This document shows positions 51,569 through 63,610 of a DNA stretch of 64,000 bases, one piece after another. Numbering within the stretch: the stretch's first letter is position 1; each line of letters begins with the position of its first letter. The DNA comes from Octopus sinensis (Eukaryota), in assembly GCF_006345805.1 (NCBI RefSeq), contig NC_042999.1:2480001-2544000 (forward strand). Direction: 5' to 3'. Made by a program: the position numbers and the translations under genes. Below the pieces are notes generated by a model. It did no database searches. It had not been told where the DNA came from and saw only the letters and a list, made by a program, of their open reading frames with translations.

Positions 51569-51599
<31 letters not shown>

Positions 51600-52041
51600 C
51601 CATCATTTAAAATCCGTTTTCCATGCTGACTGGTTAGCTGGAGAGCTGCACCAAGTTCAGTCTGATTTGGCATGGTTTCTATGACTGGATGCCCTCCCTT
51701 TTGTTCGACTAAAGGCGATGCTCCAGTATGGCCATAGTCAAATGGCTGAAACAAAAGAATATATATATATATATGTATAATGTATATATGTATATCATTA
51801 ATTAAATATATTCTGTGAGAATATTATATACTGAATTTAAAATGAGTGCACTTTGCATATAAGTGTCAAAATTATTAATACTATAAAGTATTTTGACATT
51901 TAATACGAGCGATTATATATTCTGAAATACTAGCATGAAAATTGATATAAAAACATTCTTCACAAGGATATATATGTTATATATGTTTTAAGCATGTATA
52001 TATTCATGAAGAATTTTTTGATATTAATTTTCATAACCCTC

Positions 52042-53286
52042 TTAACAATGAAGCCTTCGACACCATCCTTCCAAACATTCCTCTGCTAAAAAAAAGGACC
52101 ACAGAATGAATTTAATCCTCCAAACACACACTATCATAAAAAGCAAGAGACAACCAAAATTTATGAAAAAGTCTCCTAACACAAGCCCGGATATGCTCAA
52201 CAACACAGAAGCCGTCAGTAAAAAAAATGTGGAAGATCTAACTGTGGGATATGCATCAATTCAATTGAAGGATCAGAGTTCTCCCTCAAACAGGGGCAAC
52301 ATTTCACAGTGAAAAGCAGCTTCACATATGCTTTGGAGAACCTGATATACACACTAACCTGCTCTGGATGTCAAGAGCAATACATAGGCCAAACGAAAAA
52401 TAGTCTACGTAAATGAATGGCCCTGCACAGATCCCAGATAAAAATTCCCGTAAACAGAAAATAGCATTCAGCTAACACATCAACATTTGCGCCAATAACA
52501 AAGATTCAAGCTTCAGAATTTTTCCCCAATTCAGGGATGATACAACCTGTAGCCAACGAATTAGTAAAGAGGCTCTCTATATTACAAAATACAGACCCCT
52601 TTTGAACGCATCTACAACAAACGGCATATCCACCATGGCCTTAGAATAACACAAACGCACACAAATATTAAAAATGATACACTCAAGCGATTCTCATGAA
52701 TTCATTAAAAAATAGTCCCAATCACTGCTATAATCCATAACGAGTCACTTTTAGGTTACTCGACCGTTTAACATCCTAATACTATCATGCCACATACACT
52801 CCTCTCTTATTCTCCCTTCTCTTTCTCCTTCTTCCTCTCTGCCACCCCTTCCTAACTTTACAACTATTGCTGTTTAGAATAACACCTATTCAAATTTTAT
52901 AAACAATACATTCAAAAGAGATGTCTCAAGAATTCAATCACTACTACCATCCACAACAAGTCACTTTCAGGGCACTTGACCATTTAACATCCTACTACTC
53001 TCGTGGCACTCCTGCATTCTTCTTCTCCTCCTCCTCCACCTCCTCCTTCTCCTTCTTCTTCTTCTTCTTCTCCTCCTCCTCCTCCATCTTCTTCTTCCCT
53101 GCCAACAATTCACAACAACCTCAAACCCACGAGAGTAAACAAGAGAGACAGAAACAAGGAAAATGACCATTGTATTTGAATACTATACAAATATTCTTTT
53201 AAAATACTTTTCTTTTAACTTTTCCAAAATTTAATTGTTTTCCATACTTACAGTTGAAAAAGTCACAATGACTGAAACCGGTACTG
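52042..53286 (+). mobile_element. Penelope-like element remnant: Cys-rich linker, GIY-YIG endonuclease, 3' UTR/pLTR, decayed hammerhead
   Basis: KSKRQPK...KCGRSNCGIC...NLIYTLTCSGCQEQYIGQTKNSLRK*MALHRSQI...KEALYITKYRP with stops and frameshifts; HHR remnant at 53251-53286. Confidence 0.85.
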
Positions 53287-53459
53287 GTGTGTTTATGTCC
53301 CCGTTACTTAGCGGTTCGGCAAAAGAGACCGATAGAATAAGTACTGGGCTTACAAAAGAATAAGTCCCGGGGTCGAGTTGCTCAATTAAAGGCGGTGCTC
53401 CAGCATGGCCGCAGTCAAATGACTGAAACAAGTAAAAGTAAAAGAATGAAAGTAAAAGA

Positions 53460-53460
<1 letters not shown>
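53287..53460 (+). mobile_element. SINE family A 3' half
   Basis: gtgtttatgtccccgttacttagcggttcggc...gactgaaacaagtaaaag. Confidence 0.8.
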
Positions 53461-53490
<30 letters not shown>

Positions 53491-53845
53491 AGAGGAACGA
53501 CAACTAAGTGGACTGCTAATATGCTAAATGTAGACCCCATATGGTCTGACCATTAAGAAAGAATTGTTCTCAAGAAAATTTGGCGAATGCCAGAACTTAA
53601 AGTGAACATACAAATGAATATAATGATTAGTCACACACCAGGTCGCACTGATGATTTGCAGACATTTGCATAATGTAAATGGTAACAATGAATTCTGCTA
53701 TGTGACTAATCATTATATTTTGTATCTTTTCGCTTTACATTCTGGCGTTTGCCGAATTTTCTTGAGAACAATTCTTTCTTAATGGTCAGACCATATGGGG
53801 TCCGCATTTAGCATATTAGCAGTCCACATAGTGGGCATTCCTTTT
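53491..53845. mobile_element. Foldback MITE with ~140 bp inverted arms
   Basis: Arms 53504-53635 and 53701-53831, extending degenerately to TA-rich flanks; 65 bp spacer. Confidence 0.85.
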
Positions 53846-53949
53846 ATATATATGTAATATAATTATCTGAATCTTCAGATTTTTTTTCCATACGCTAGGC
53901 TACTGGTTTAAATTGATATTAATCTAATTAATATCAATTTTTTACCCTT

Positions 53950-54113
53950 AGGTGCAGGAGTGGCTGTGTGGTAAGTAGCTTGCTAACCAACCACTTGGTT
54001 CCGGGTTCAGTCCCACTGTGTGGCATCTTGGGCAAGTGTCTTCTGCTATAGTCCCAGGTCGACCAATGCCTTGTGAGTGGATTTGGTAGATGGAAACTGA
54101 AAGAAGCCTGTCG

Positions 54114-54144
<31 letters not shown>

Positions 54145-54362
54145 ATGTGTGTGTTTGTGTGTCTGTGTTTGTCCCCCAACATCGCTTGACAACCGATGCT
54201 GGTGTGTTTACGTCCCCCGTCACTTAGCAGTTCAGCAAAAGAGACTAATAGAATAAGTACTGGGCTTACAAAGAATAAGTCCTGGGGTCGATTTGCTCGA
54301 CTAAAGGTGGTGCTCCAACATGGCCGCAGTCAGATGACTGAAACAAGTAAAAAAGTAAAGAG
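53950..54362 (+). mobile_element. SINE family A, full length
   Basis: Matches the consensus end to end. Confidence 0.9.
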
Positions 54363-54588
54363 TTATTATTTAAATTTACATATATATATATATATATATA
54401 TAATAATAATAAATATTAGGGAATAAATCCAAAATTACAGGGAAAAAACATCAGATTTAGGATTAAATCCAATTTTATAGTAAAATATTATATAATATTA
54501 ATTCGAGACAAAACCACTATTTTGCAAATCAAACAAGGAAAGACTTAATCAATACATAAAAAAATTTTAATATAAAGTAAATAAATCG

Positions 54589-54632
54589 CCACTACAATTG
54601 TTTCATGTCTTCAAATGACATTCGTCAGGTGG
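54589..54632 (-). ncRNA. Type I hammerhead ribozyme, intact core
   Basis: Exact reverse complement of 55628-55671. Confidence 0.75.
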
Positions 54633-55627
54633 ATTTCCGATCTAAAAATATCAATATTTTAAAATATAAAATTAAAATAATATAAATTTATCAATGAAAG
54701 AATATAAATATATATAATCTATATATAATCTATATATAATCAACATATAATCAAAAACAAACCCTATAAACAATTGAATATAAAGAAACCTATTATTAAA
54801 GTTCTCATATTTAAAGATGTACAAAAAAACCAACATTGTGTATGGTAAAGGGAGTTTTATCATTATATGTATATAAGGGATTCATTTATCATGGTTGGTT
54901 TATTAATGATTTTTGGAGTAAATTCTGTCTATTTATGTTGATTAAAATATTATTCCATTCTATTACATTCATAATTTTTAAATAACGTTCGCTTACCACG
55001 CGCAATGAATTTTTTGTTTTTCTTTTGAGTGTTTATGTATGTGTGAATGTGTGTGTGTGTGTGTGTGTTTGTTTGTGTAATTTATTTATCTGTATGGGTG
55101 TGGGTGTGAATATATTGGTGTATATATCGAGTTCTGTACGTATGTATATGTATGTGTGAGCGGGTATATGTATATTGTTTATGAATGTGTGTTGTATGTG
55201 TGTATGAGGGAGTATGAATAAGTAATGTGTTGAAGTATTTGGCTTTTTTATTAATTTATCGTTGCCTAGATGTTTTTATGTGTATGTATAGAGTTATATA
55301 TATAGGTGTGTGAGTTGGTGTATGTATTTAGATATGGTTATTTATACTTAGATATATGTGTATGAGCATGTGTGTATATATAGTTTATTTTTATTTTGCT
55401 TTTTGTTTTTTTGTGTTTTGTTTTTTGTACATCTTTAAATATGAGAACTTTAATAATAGGTTTCTTTATATTCAATTGTTTATAGGGTTTGTTTTAGATT
55501 ATATGTTGATTATATATAGATTATATATAGATAATATATAGATTATATATATTTATATTCTTTCATTGATAAATTTATATTATTTTAATTTTATATTTTA
55601 AAATATTGATATTTTTAGATCGGAAAT

Positions 55628-55671
55628 CCACCTGACGAATGTCATTTGAAGACATGAAACAATTGTAGTGG
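55628..55671 (+). ncRNA. Type I hammerhead ribozyme, intact core, predicted cleavage after A55667 (GUA)
   Basis: CCAC-CTGACGA-ATGTC[ATTTGAA]GACAT-GAAA-CAATTG-TA-GTGG; helices I and II are perfect, helix III is the palindrome ACAATTGT. Confidence 0.8.
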
Positions 55672-55774
55672 CGATTTATTTACTTTATATTAAAATTTTT
55701 TTATGTATTGATTAAGTCTTTCCTTGTTTGATTTGCAAAATAGTGGTTTTGTCTCGAATTAATATTATTTATAT

Positions 55775-55820
<46 letters not shown>

Positions 55821-56060
55821 GCAAGTAAAGTTGGTAGTTCTAAAATCTCTAGATGAGATGCAAGTTGTAACACTACCGAAAAGTAGTGGTTGTTGCCACC
55901 TCAGTGTGCAGCAGTTTCCAGTAGTCATTATAGGTTCGTTGTTGATAAGTTTCTCAATTGGTCTATTGACTAGTTGAGAAAAGTTGAACGACCTAAAAGA
56001 TTAATGCTACTTTTGTCAGAGCCATTTCTGGTTAGACACTCACACACACATATATATGTT

Positions 56061-56124
<64 letters not shown>

Positions 56125-56127
<3 letters not shown>

Positions 56128-56285
56128 ATATTTTCTCTTGTTTCTTTCTGTGTTCCTTTCTGTGGAAGAGCGTAGGTTCCAAACGTTGAAGACTTTTTCA
56201 CTCCCTGAGTGTTATACTAGTACATCTGTTTGTCATCTACACCACCTGTCTTCATCTTTTGTTTTTATTTGGTGAATTCTCCCTA
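56125..56285 (+). mobile_element. PLE pLTR-like remnant with degenerate hammerhead (56156-56191)
   Basis: CTTT-CTGTGGA-A-GAGCGTAGGTTC-CAAA-CG-TT-GAAG. Confidence 0.45.
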
Positions 56286-56325
56286 TATATATATGTATGT
56301 ATATATATATAATATATATATATAT

Positions 56326-56375
<50 letters not shown>

Positions 56376-56488
56376 GTATGTATGTATGTATATCATCATC
56401 ATCACCATCGATTGACGTCCGCCTTCTATACTGGCATGGGTATATATACATATATGTATATGTGTGTATATATATATATATATGTAAA

Positions 56489-56546
<58 letters not shown>

Positions 56547-57170
56547 TTTATATATATCATACTGGCTAGTCACAAACCACTCTGGAGACAGTGTCTTTGC
56601 TAGTAAAATAAATGCAGTGTTTGAACAGTTGTTTACAAATTAAATGTTTTCTCAAACAGATATATCTAAAAACCATTGAACCACCACAAAAAGAAAATAA
56701 CAACAACAAAAACACTAACTATAAAAATATCAGTATCAATAATTTTAAATAAATCTTCTTTAACAAATAAACAATTCATCATACATTTTTTTTTTTTAAA
56801 ATTGGAATTGGAAATTCAGCTTAAAAACAAACAAGCAATTTTTCAGAAATTAAATTAATATCTGAGTAATTAAGCTGACAATTTTTATATAGAGTGTCAT
56901 TTTTTTTCTTCTTTGCTTTGAATATAATTTATATCACATTGATCTTTATGGTATGTATGTATAATATATATGCATGTATGTATGTATGTATGTATGTATG
57001 TATGTATGTATGTATGTATGTATGTATGTATGTATGCATGTATGTGTGTATATATATATATACACATATATATACACACACCACACACATATATATATAT
57101 ATATACATATGTACATATATATATATATACATAAATACATATATACACATATATATATAAAATATATTAG
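56280..57170. repeat. (TA)n/(TATG)n microsatellite clusters
   Basis: Direct inspection. Confidence 0.85.
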
Positions 57171-57224
57171 TATGGTCTACAACTTGACTTTCAAGTTTTA
57201 ATTAAAACTTATTAGAAAACTATA

Positions 57225-57630
57225 AGGTGTGGCTGCGTGGTAAGAAGTCTTCATCTCAACCATATGATTCCGGGTTCATTCCCAGTGCATGGCACCTTTG
57301 GCAAGTTTAAGTGTCTACTACTATACTCTTACACCAACCAAAGCCTTGTGAATGGATTTGGTAGATGGAAACTGAAAGAAGCTAGTCATATATGTATGTA
57401 TTTATATGTATTTTTAAATGTGTGTGTCTTTGTGTCTGTGTTAGTCCCCCACTTGTTTAACAACCATTGTTGGTTTGTTTACATCCTCATAACATAGTGG
57501 TTGGACACAGGAGACTGATAGAATAAGTACCAGGCTTTTAAAAATATAAGTGCTGGAGTCAGTTCATTCAACTAAAAATGTTTCAAGGTGGTGCCCCAGC
57601 ATGGCCACAGTCAAATGACTCAAACAAATA
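57225..57630 (+). mobile_element. SINE family A, degenerate
   Basis: Matches the consensus. Confidence 0.75.
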
Positions 57631-57764
57631 GAAATTTAAAGATAAACAATAAATGATATATTTTATATTCAAACACCCTTGTACTATTATCAGTATTTTT
57701 CCATTCTTCAAATATACAAGATACTTTCATTATCTTATAATAATAATAATAATATAATCATCAT

Positions 57765-58090
57765 CATCATTTAACGTCCGCTTTCCATGCTAGCATGGGT
57801 TGGACGGTTCAGCTGGGGTCTGGGGAGCCCGAAGGCTGCACCAGGCCAGTCAGATCTGGATGCCCTTCCTAACGCCAACCACTCCGAGAGTGTAGTGGGG
57901 GATTTTATGTGCCACCGACACAGGTGCCAGACAAGGCTGGCGAACGGCCACGCTCGGATGGTGTTTTTTATGTGCCACCGACACAGGTGTCAGACGAGGC
58001 TGGCAGACGGCCACGCTCGAATATGGTGTTTTCGGTGTTTTTCTTATGTGCCACCGACACAGGTGCCAGACGAGGCTGGCGAACGGCTCA
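57765..58090 (-). mobile_element. SINE family C with 3 internal ~60-77 bp tandem repeats
   Basis: atgtgccaccgacacaggtg(c/t)cagac..ggctggc occurs 3 times. Confidence 0.8.
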
Positions 58091-58193
58091 TAATAATAAT
58101 AGTAGTAGTAGTAGTAGTACTAGTAGTAGTAGTAGTAGTAGTATAGTAGTAGTAGTAGTAGTAGTAGTAGTATAGTAGTAATAATAATAATAA

Positions 58194-58367
58194 CATCGAA
58201 AAATACCTTAGGAATGAGAACCCAGGTTTGAAATTTCCCCCAAGACACCTGATGAGGGCTGGAGGGTATATCAGACGAAACGTTGTGCCAACAACAAACA
58301 GGATGAGGACAAATATCCATCAAATGTAAATAATGAAAATAATTCCTCATCTCTCAAATATAGAACT
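58194..58367 (+). mobile_element. PLE pLTR-like repeat with minimal hammerhead (58244-58289)
   Basis: GACAC-CTGATGA-G-GGCTG[GAGGGTATAT]CAGAC-GAAA-CG-TT-GTGCC; same family as 36805-36948. Confidence 0.7.
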
Positions 58368-58708
58368 GTAATACCTGTTGTCATATGTGCCCTAGCAATG
58401 ATAGCAAAAGGGGCTGATTCCTACCTATCTTAGATACCAGGAAACCCCCAAAATGGCAGAAATTCGAAAGATTGTGCTCATGGGAACTGCCCATATTCTA
58501 CATAAAATACTGTCTATGTAATTTCAAATTTTAAAACAAACACATAATTTTCTTATGTTTTCTTAAACATTCTCTAGAACAACACTATGTACAAAATAAA
58601 ATGTATGGCACCCTAAGCATAACACCAACATGAACGTCTAACTTGTCTCTTGAGCTCTCTAGGTAAGACTTGGAGTCAACTTGTACTAATGCAAAGCAAA
58701 AGTCAAAC

Positions 58709-58710
<2 letters not shown>
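58368..58710 (+). mobile_element. R4/Dong-clade 3' fragment (third family)
   Basis: VIPVVICALAMIAKG...KIVLMGTAHILHKILSM* plus 3' UTR ending in (AAT)n. Confidence 0.8.
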
Positions 58711-58762
<52 letters not shown>

Positions 58763-58764
58763 TT

Positions 58765-59060
58765 ATTCAAGAAAAGTCGGTAGATATAATAGGTTAAGAA
58801 GTTGTGGTCGCTGAAAAAGGTGGTAGTTGTACTAATAATTGTCAGAACTCTGGGAACAGTGAGTAAAAATCTTGAGAAGCACTTGGAACAAATTGGAGTT
58901 GAAATAAAGGTGGAGCACTTGCAGAAAACAGCACTGCTTGGAACCACTCAAATACTCCGGATGGTGCTCGTAAAAAAAGGGGTGTTACCTTAGTTCACTG
59001 GTAGTGAAGAACAACTGACACTGTTGTACATCTCCAGCATTAGAAGTTGTACAAAGATGA
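58765..59060 (+). mobile_element. R4/Dong-clade 3' fragment (same family as 7044-8357)
   Basis: WSLKKVVVVLIIVRTLGTVSKNLEKHLEQIG...HLQKTALLGTTQIL; begins at the end of an (AAT)n tract. Confidence 0.85.
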
Positions 59061-59099
59061 AGCTGTACAAAGCTTTTTGACAAATTGATTTGGCACAAG

Positions 59100-59290
59100 G
59101 CCAGCCATTTTGGGGTGGAGCTAAGTTGAATACATCAAACCTAGTGTCCAGCTGGTTCTTATTTTACTGACCCCAAAAGGATGAAAGGCAAAATTGATCT
59201 TGGTGGATTTTAAACTCAGAACATAGAGACAGACAAAATACTGCAAAGTATTTTACCCAGTGTGCTAACAATTTTTCCAGTTTGCCACTT
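59100..59290 (-). mobile_element. SINE family B, degenerate
   Basis: aaaggatgaaaggcaaa...aactcagaacatag. Confidence 0.7.
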
Positions 59291-60384
59291 TCAATCCCAC
59301 CAAATATTATGAAGAAGTTATGTCCCTTGTAATAGCTGCGACCACTGGGGGAACCACATGGTTAGCCTTTTACACAATGAATTTACCTGTGACTTTAGTC
59401 ATGATTTTGTATAAATTCATACTTGGCAAGGACTGGTCACCCAAAGACACTGTAGGGAATCAACTCATTGTGTTGGTTTCATTGTCTGCACATGATGTCA
59501 GCATTTTTTTTTTTGCTATTATGATTTTTGTAACCATAGTTATTCATGGGTGGTCATTCATGAGCAGCTAGAATCAAATTTGTTTCTGCTTCTAACCGAG
59601 AACTTTTGAGACATTATTGTCTTCCATTTATGTTTACTTCGTCTCTGTCGAGTCTTGCATGATATTGGTCATGGTGTGATTTTTTTAACCCTCTAATTTT
59701 TTGTTCAATACATTTTGAAATTACATTTTGAGTTTGTATTTCATTATATTTTTTAACCTTTTCATTTGATTTATCTTCATTATTTCAGTTAATTTCAAGA
59801 TATTTTTCCATTATGTCCTTGTCTAGACAAAAATGCTTCTGTTTGCACCTGTATCTGTGATTTGGGTTCCTTTCCTAACCCTAATGTTGTTGTTTGGTAA
59901 TAGTTCCCTATTTGCATCAGTTGTGTCTGTGGTGGGTATAAATATATTCGGTCTCTATCAGTTTTGAAAGAAATGGCTTCAGAACACAGAGCATAGATAT
60001 TGCTGCTGCCAGAAATGTGTTTAATATGTAAATTAGTCCATCCAAAAGTGTTACACTGCTAAACTTAGTGAGTGTTAAAGCAATGCTTTTAATGGCTGGT
60101 TGTTGGGTTGGATGTGGTGCTGATAAGATAGCAATAACTCTTGAAATATGCATATACACCAATCACCTATTTATTCTACCTTTGATCATATTGTTTATAT
60201 AAACATATTCATATATATTGAACGTTGTAACTTACAGTACTGGCTCTGTATTCTATAGAAAATCAATAGGTTATCATAGTGGTTCTCAATCATTTTTAGG
60301 TATGGACTAGTTTGATTTCTATTTTATTCATATGACACTCATAATCATTTCATGTTTGAAAAAATCCTTTTATATTTTTATCCT

Positions 60385-60797
60385 CATCATCATCGTTTAA
60401 CGTCCGCTTTCCATGCTAGCATGAGTTGGACGATTTTGACTGAGGGCTGGCGAACCAGATGGCTGCACCAGGCTCCAATCTTGATCTGGCAGAGTTTCTA
60501 CAGCTGGATGCCCTTCCTAACGCCAATCACTCCGAGACTGTAGTGGGTGCTTTTACATGCCACCGGCACGGGGGCCAGTCAGGCGGTACTGGCAACGACC
60601 TCACTCGAATCTTTTTACACATGCCACCGACACAGGTGCCAGTAAGGCAACACTGGTAACGATCACGTTTGAATGGTGCCTTTTACACGCAACCAGCATG
60701 GAAGCCAATTAGCCGCTCTGGCAACGATCATGCTCGGATGGTGCTCTTGGCTCCCTACTAGCACGTGCACAAGTGCCAGTAAGGCGACGCTGGTAAC
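60385..60797 (-). mobile_element. SINE family C, long form
   Basis: catcatcgtttaacgtccgctttccatgctagc... Confidence 0.85.
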
Positions 60798-61164
60798 TTT
60801 AAGGACCAGTTACATACTGGGGTCGATGTACTCGACATAATCTGTTTGTCTGTCCTTGTTTGTCCCCTCTATGTTTAGCCCCTTGTGGGCAATAAAGAAA
60901 TATATATTAAGGAATTGTATATAATTTTTTTTTTATATATCTTCAGTATTGTTGAAGTATAAAAAAAATTATTGCACATAAATTCCAACAACAAAATCTT
61001 ATATGGACCCCAGTGGCCAAATGGACCGTGGTTGTGAACCGCTGGTTAATAACTGCAAAATAATGACTAAATTCCTGAGATTTCTATTTAAACATTTCAA
61101 TTCACACAATTTACAGTCTATCATATTGAAGCTGTCATTTATAGCAAGGGTTATTAATAGAATG

Positions 61165-61460
61165 TGGAGGTGCAATGGCCCAGTGGTTAAGGCAGCGGAC
61201 TTGTGGTCGGAGGATCGCAGTTTCAATTTCCAGAGTGGGTGTTGTGTGTGTTTATTGAGCAGAAACATGTAAAAGCTCCATGAGGCTCCGACAGGGGGTG
61301 GTGGCGACCCCTGTTGTACTCTTTCGCCACAACTTTCTCTCATTCTCACTTGCTGTTTCTTGAGTAACGCTGCGATGGACTGGCGTCCCGTCCAGCTAGG
61401 GGGAACACATACGCCACAGAAACCGGGAAACCGAGCCCATGAACCTGGCTAGGCTTGAAA
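61165..61460 (+). mobile_element. tRNA-derived SINE (family D-related)
   Basis: ggaggtgcaatggcccagtggttaaggcagcggac... Confidence 0.8.
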
Positions 61461-61754
61461 AGGGTGACATTTATCATTTATCGTTATTAATAAAATATTG
61501 GGTTTAAAATACTCATGAATGGAAGAAATCAAATGCATACAGAAGATGTGGGTTCACATTCCACTGGCAGCCTTTGACACTCGCCATCCGTAGGGTTCTT
61601 AACCCAATATTCCTCACACAATTATTTATAGCCTTATCTACTTCACGTTCCACCATTAGAAATGATTTATTTCACGTTTTATGGAATTTTTATCAATGAA
61701 AATTTTATCAATAAACTACGTAGTAAAAATCGATCTTCCACTGAATTTTCAACA

Positions 61755-62135
61755 GTCAGGAGTGGCTGTGTGGTAAGTAGCTTGCTAACCAACCACATGG
61801 TTCCGGGTTCAGTGGCATCTTGGGCAAGTGTCTTCTGCTATAGCCCGGGGCCGACCAATGCCTTGTGAGTGGATTTGGTAGACGGAAAATGAAAGAAGCC
61901 CGTCGTGTATATATATATATATGTGTATGTGTGTATGTGTGTGTGTTTGTCCCCCTAGCATTGCTTGACAACCGATGCTGGTGTGTTTACGTCCCTGTCA
62001 CTTAGCGGTTCGGCAAAAGAGACTGATAGAATAAGTACTGGGCTTACAATGAATAAGTCCCGGGGTCGATTTGCTCGACTAAAGGCGGTGCTCCAGCATG
62101 GCCGCAGTCAAATGACTTAAACAAGTAAAAGAGAG
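61755..62135 (+). mobile_element. SINE family A, full length
   Basis: Matches the consensus. Confidence 0.88.
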
Positions 62136-62269
62136 TAATCAATGCAAAGTAAATGATTAAAAGCGAATACAAAATAGTCCACTGTGTGTGTGTGTGTGTG
62201 TGTTAGAATAAAAACTGGAACTATATATTTGGCGATTTGCTGTGCTCTTTTGGCAATTTGTGATTGAGC

Positions 62270-62552
62270 CTTTTGCTGATTTGCTGTACTTGAGAAGACT
62301 CATCAAGCCAGGTGAAATGGTGGTCATGGCTGGTACCAGAGACACATAAAAAGGCAATGGTGCTGGTGACATGTAAAAGACACCCACTACACTCTTGGAG
62401 TAGTTGGAATTAGGAACAACATCCATCCATAGAAACCATGCCAAATCAGACCAGAACCTTGTACATCTCTCTGGCTTATTAGTTCTAGTCAAACTATCTA
62501 ACCCATGCCAGTATGGAAGGGAGATGCTAAATGTTGATGATGATGATGATGA
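62270..62552 (+). mobile_element. SINE family C, degenerate
   Basis: gacatgtaaaagacacccactacactc...ttgatgatgatgat. Confidence 0.7.
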
Positions 62553-63399
62553 TATATATATATATATATATATCATGTATTTTTATTTTCATATTTCCCT
62601 TTATACTTTCTGTATCTCTCCCTTCCCAAAATTACTTCTTATATAATTACGGAATGTACTTGCATAGCAAGTGACCTGATCTGAGATTGTGTGCTGAAAC
62701 AAAGACAACTGCAGCATAGAAGACATAGGGCTGAACTAGCCCTAAAAATTCTGATGGGTACTGACCTTTCTGCCTTCATTAAACTTAATAAAATGAAATA
62801 ACTACTGCCTTGTCTCAAGCTAGCCATAACATGGCTGCTCTTTTGCCCTGAGGTATTTCTGCTCAAGTACACTTAGGATCAAAGATATGCTATTTTATCT
62901 TAGACCACAAAATCCAGAATACGTTTCTCTTGTTTCATTTTTAGTCTTCAAAAATGATATGGATTAAATCGAGGGGGATTTGGCTGTTATTTCTTGCAGC
63001 GTAAAGAACCACATAAAGACTCCTTCCTCGGTTGGAGGTGGACTATACTATTTTGATATGCAGTATTATTTAGTAAAGGCAAATAGAAAATGATATGAAA
63101 ATCTCATTCTCGGGATTGCTACAATACTTGAAAGGAATATCTCCATTTGTAAAGCCTATGGATGCTGACTAATATGAGAATGTTCATAAGAATTATTTCA
63201 TATATCGGAAATGAATATTGTATGATCATAAATATTACATCCGCTGTGAATTTGTGAATTACTGGCACTGATGTGTTACGAGCTTCAAATATTTTATAAG
63301 CATACATATTATACCTAACATGCATGTATATATATATATATATAGATACATGTTCATATTACACCTCTCACCTCACTCTTTCTCCCTCTTTCTCTTTGT

Positions 63400-63456
63400 G
63401 TGTGTGTGTATATATATATATATGGGGAGGTATGATATTTATATGATATATCCCAT

Positions 63457-63491
<35 letters not shown>

Positions 63492-63520
63492 GGAGGTATG
63501 ATATTTATATGATATATATC

Positions 63521-63558
<38 letters not shown>

Positions 63559-63610
63559 GGGAGGTATGATATTTATGATATATACCATTTTATATATATA
63601 TATATATATT
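63400..63610. repeat. Three (TA)n-spaced copies of ggaggtatgatattt
   Basis: Copies at ~63426, 63492 and 63560. Confidence 0.75.

Larger units (their letters stand above)
54400..55767. mobile_element. Young PLE-like insertion with inverted pLTR-like arms (54493-54830 / 55420-55767)
   Basis: Arms are near-identical reverse complements and each carries a hammerhead. Confidence 0.8.

Noticed and set aside
53640-53700. CTGATGA in the foldback MITE spacer as another hammerhead
   Set aside because: No downstream GAAA or helices
53910-53940. Perfect 14 bp palindrome AAATTGATATTAAT-CTA-ATTAATATCAATTT
   Set aside because: Almost entirely A/T and short; plausible by chance or slippage in this composition
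59300-60160. Hydrophobic 83 aa ORF (59320-59571) and a minus-strand ITDTGANRSIF motif suggesting a Gypsy protease remnant
   Set aside because: A single short motif without recognisable RT, integrase or LTRs; the ORF has no identifiable homology
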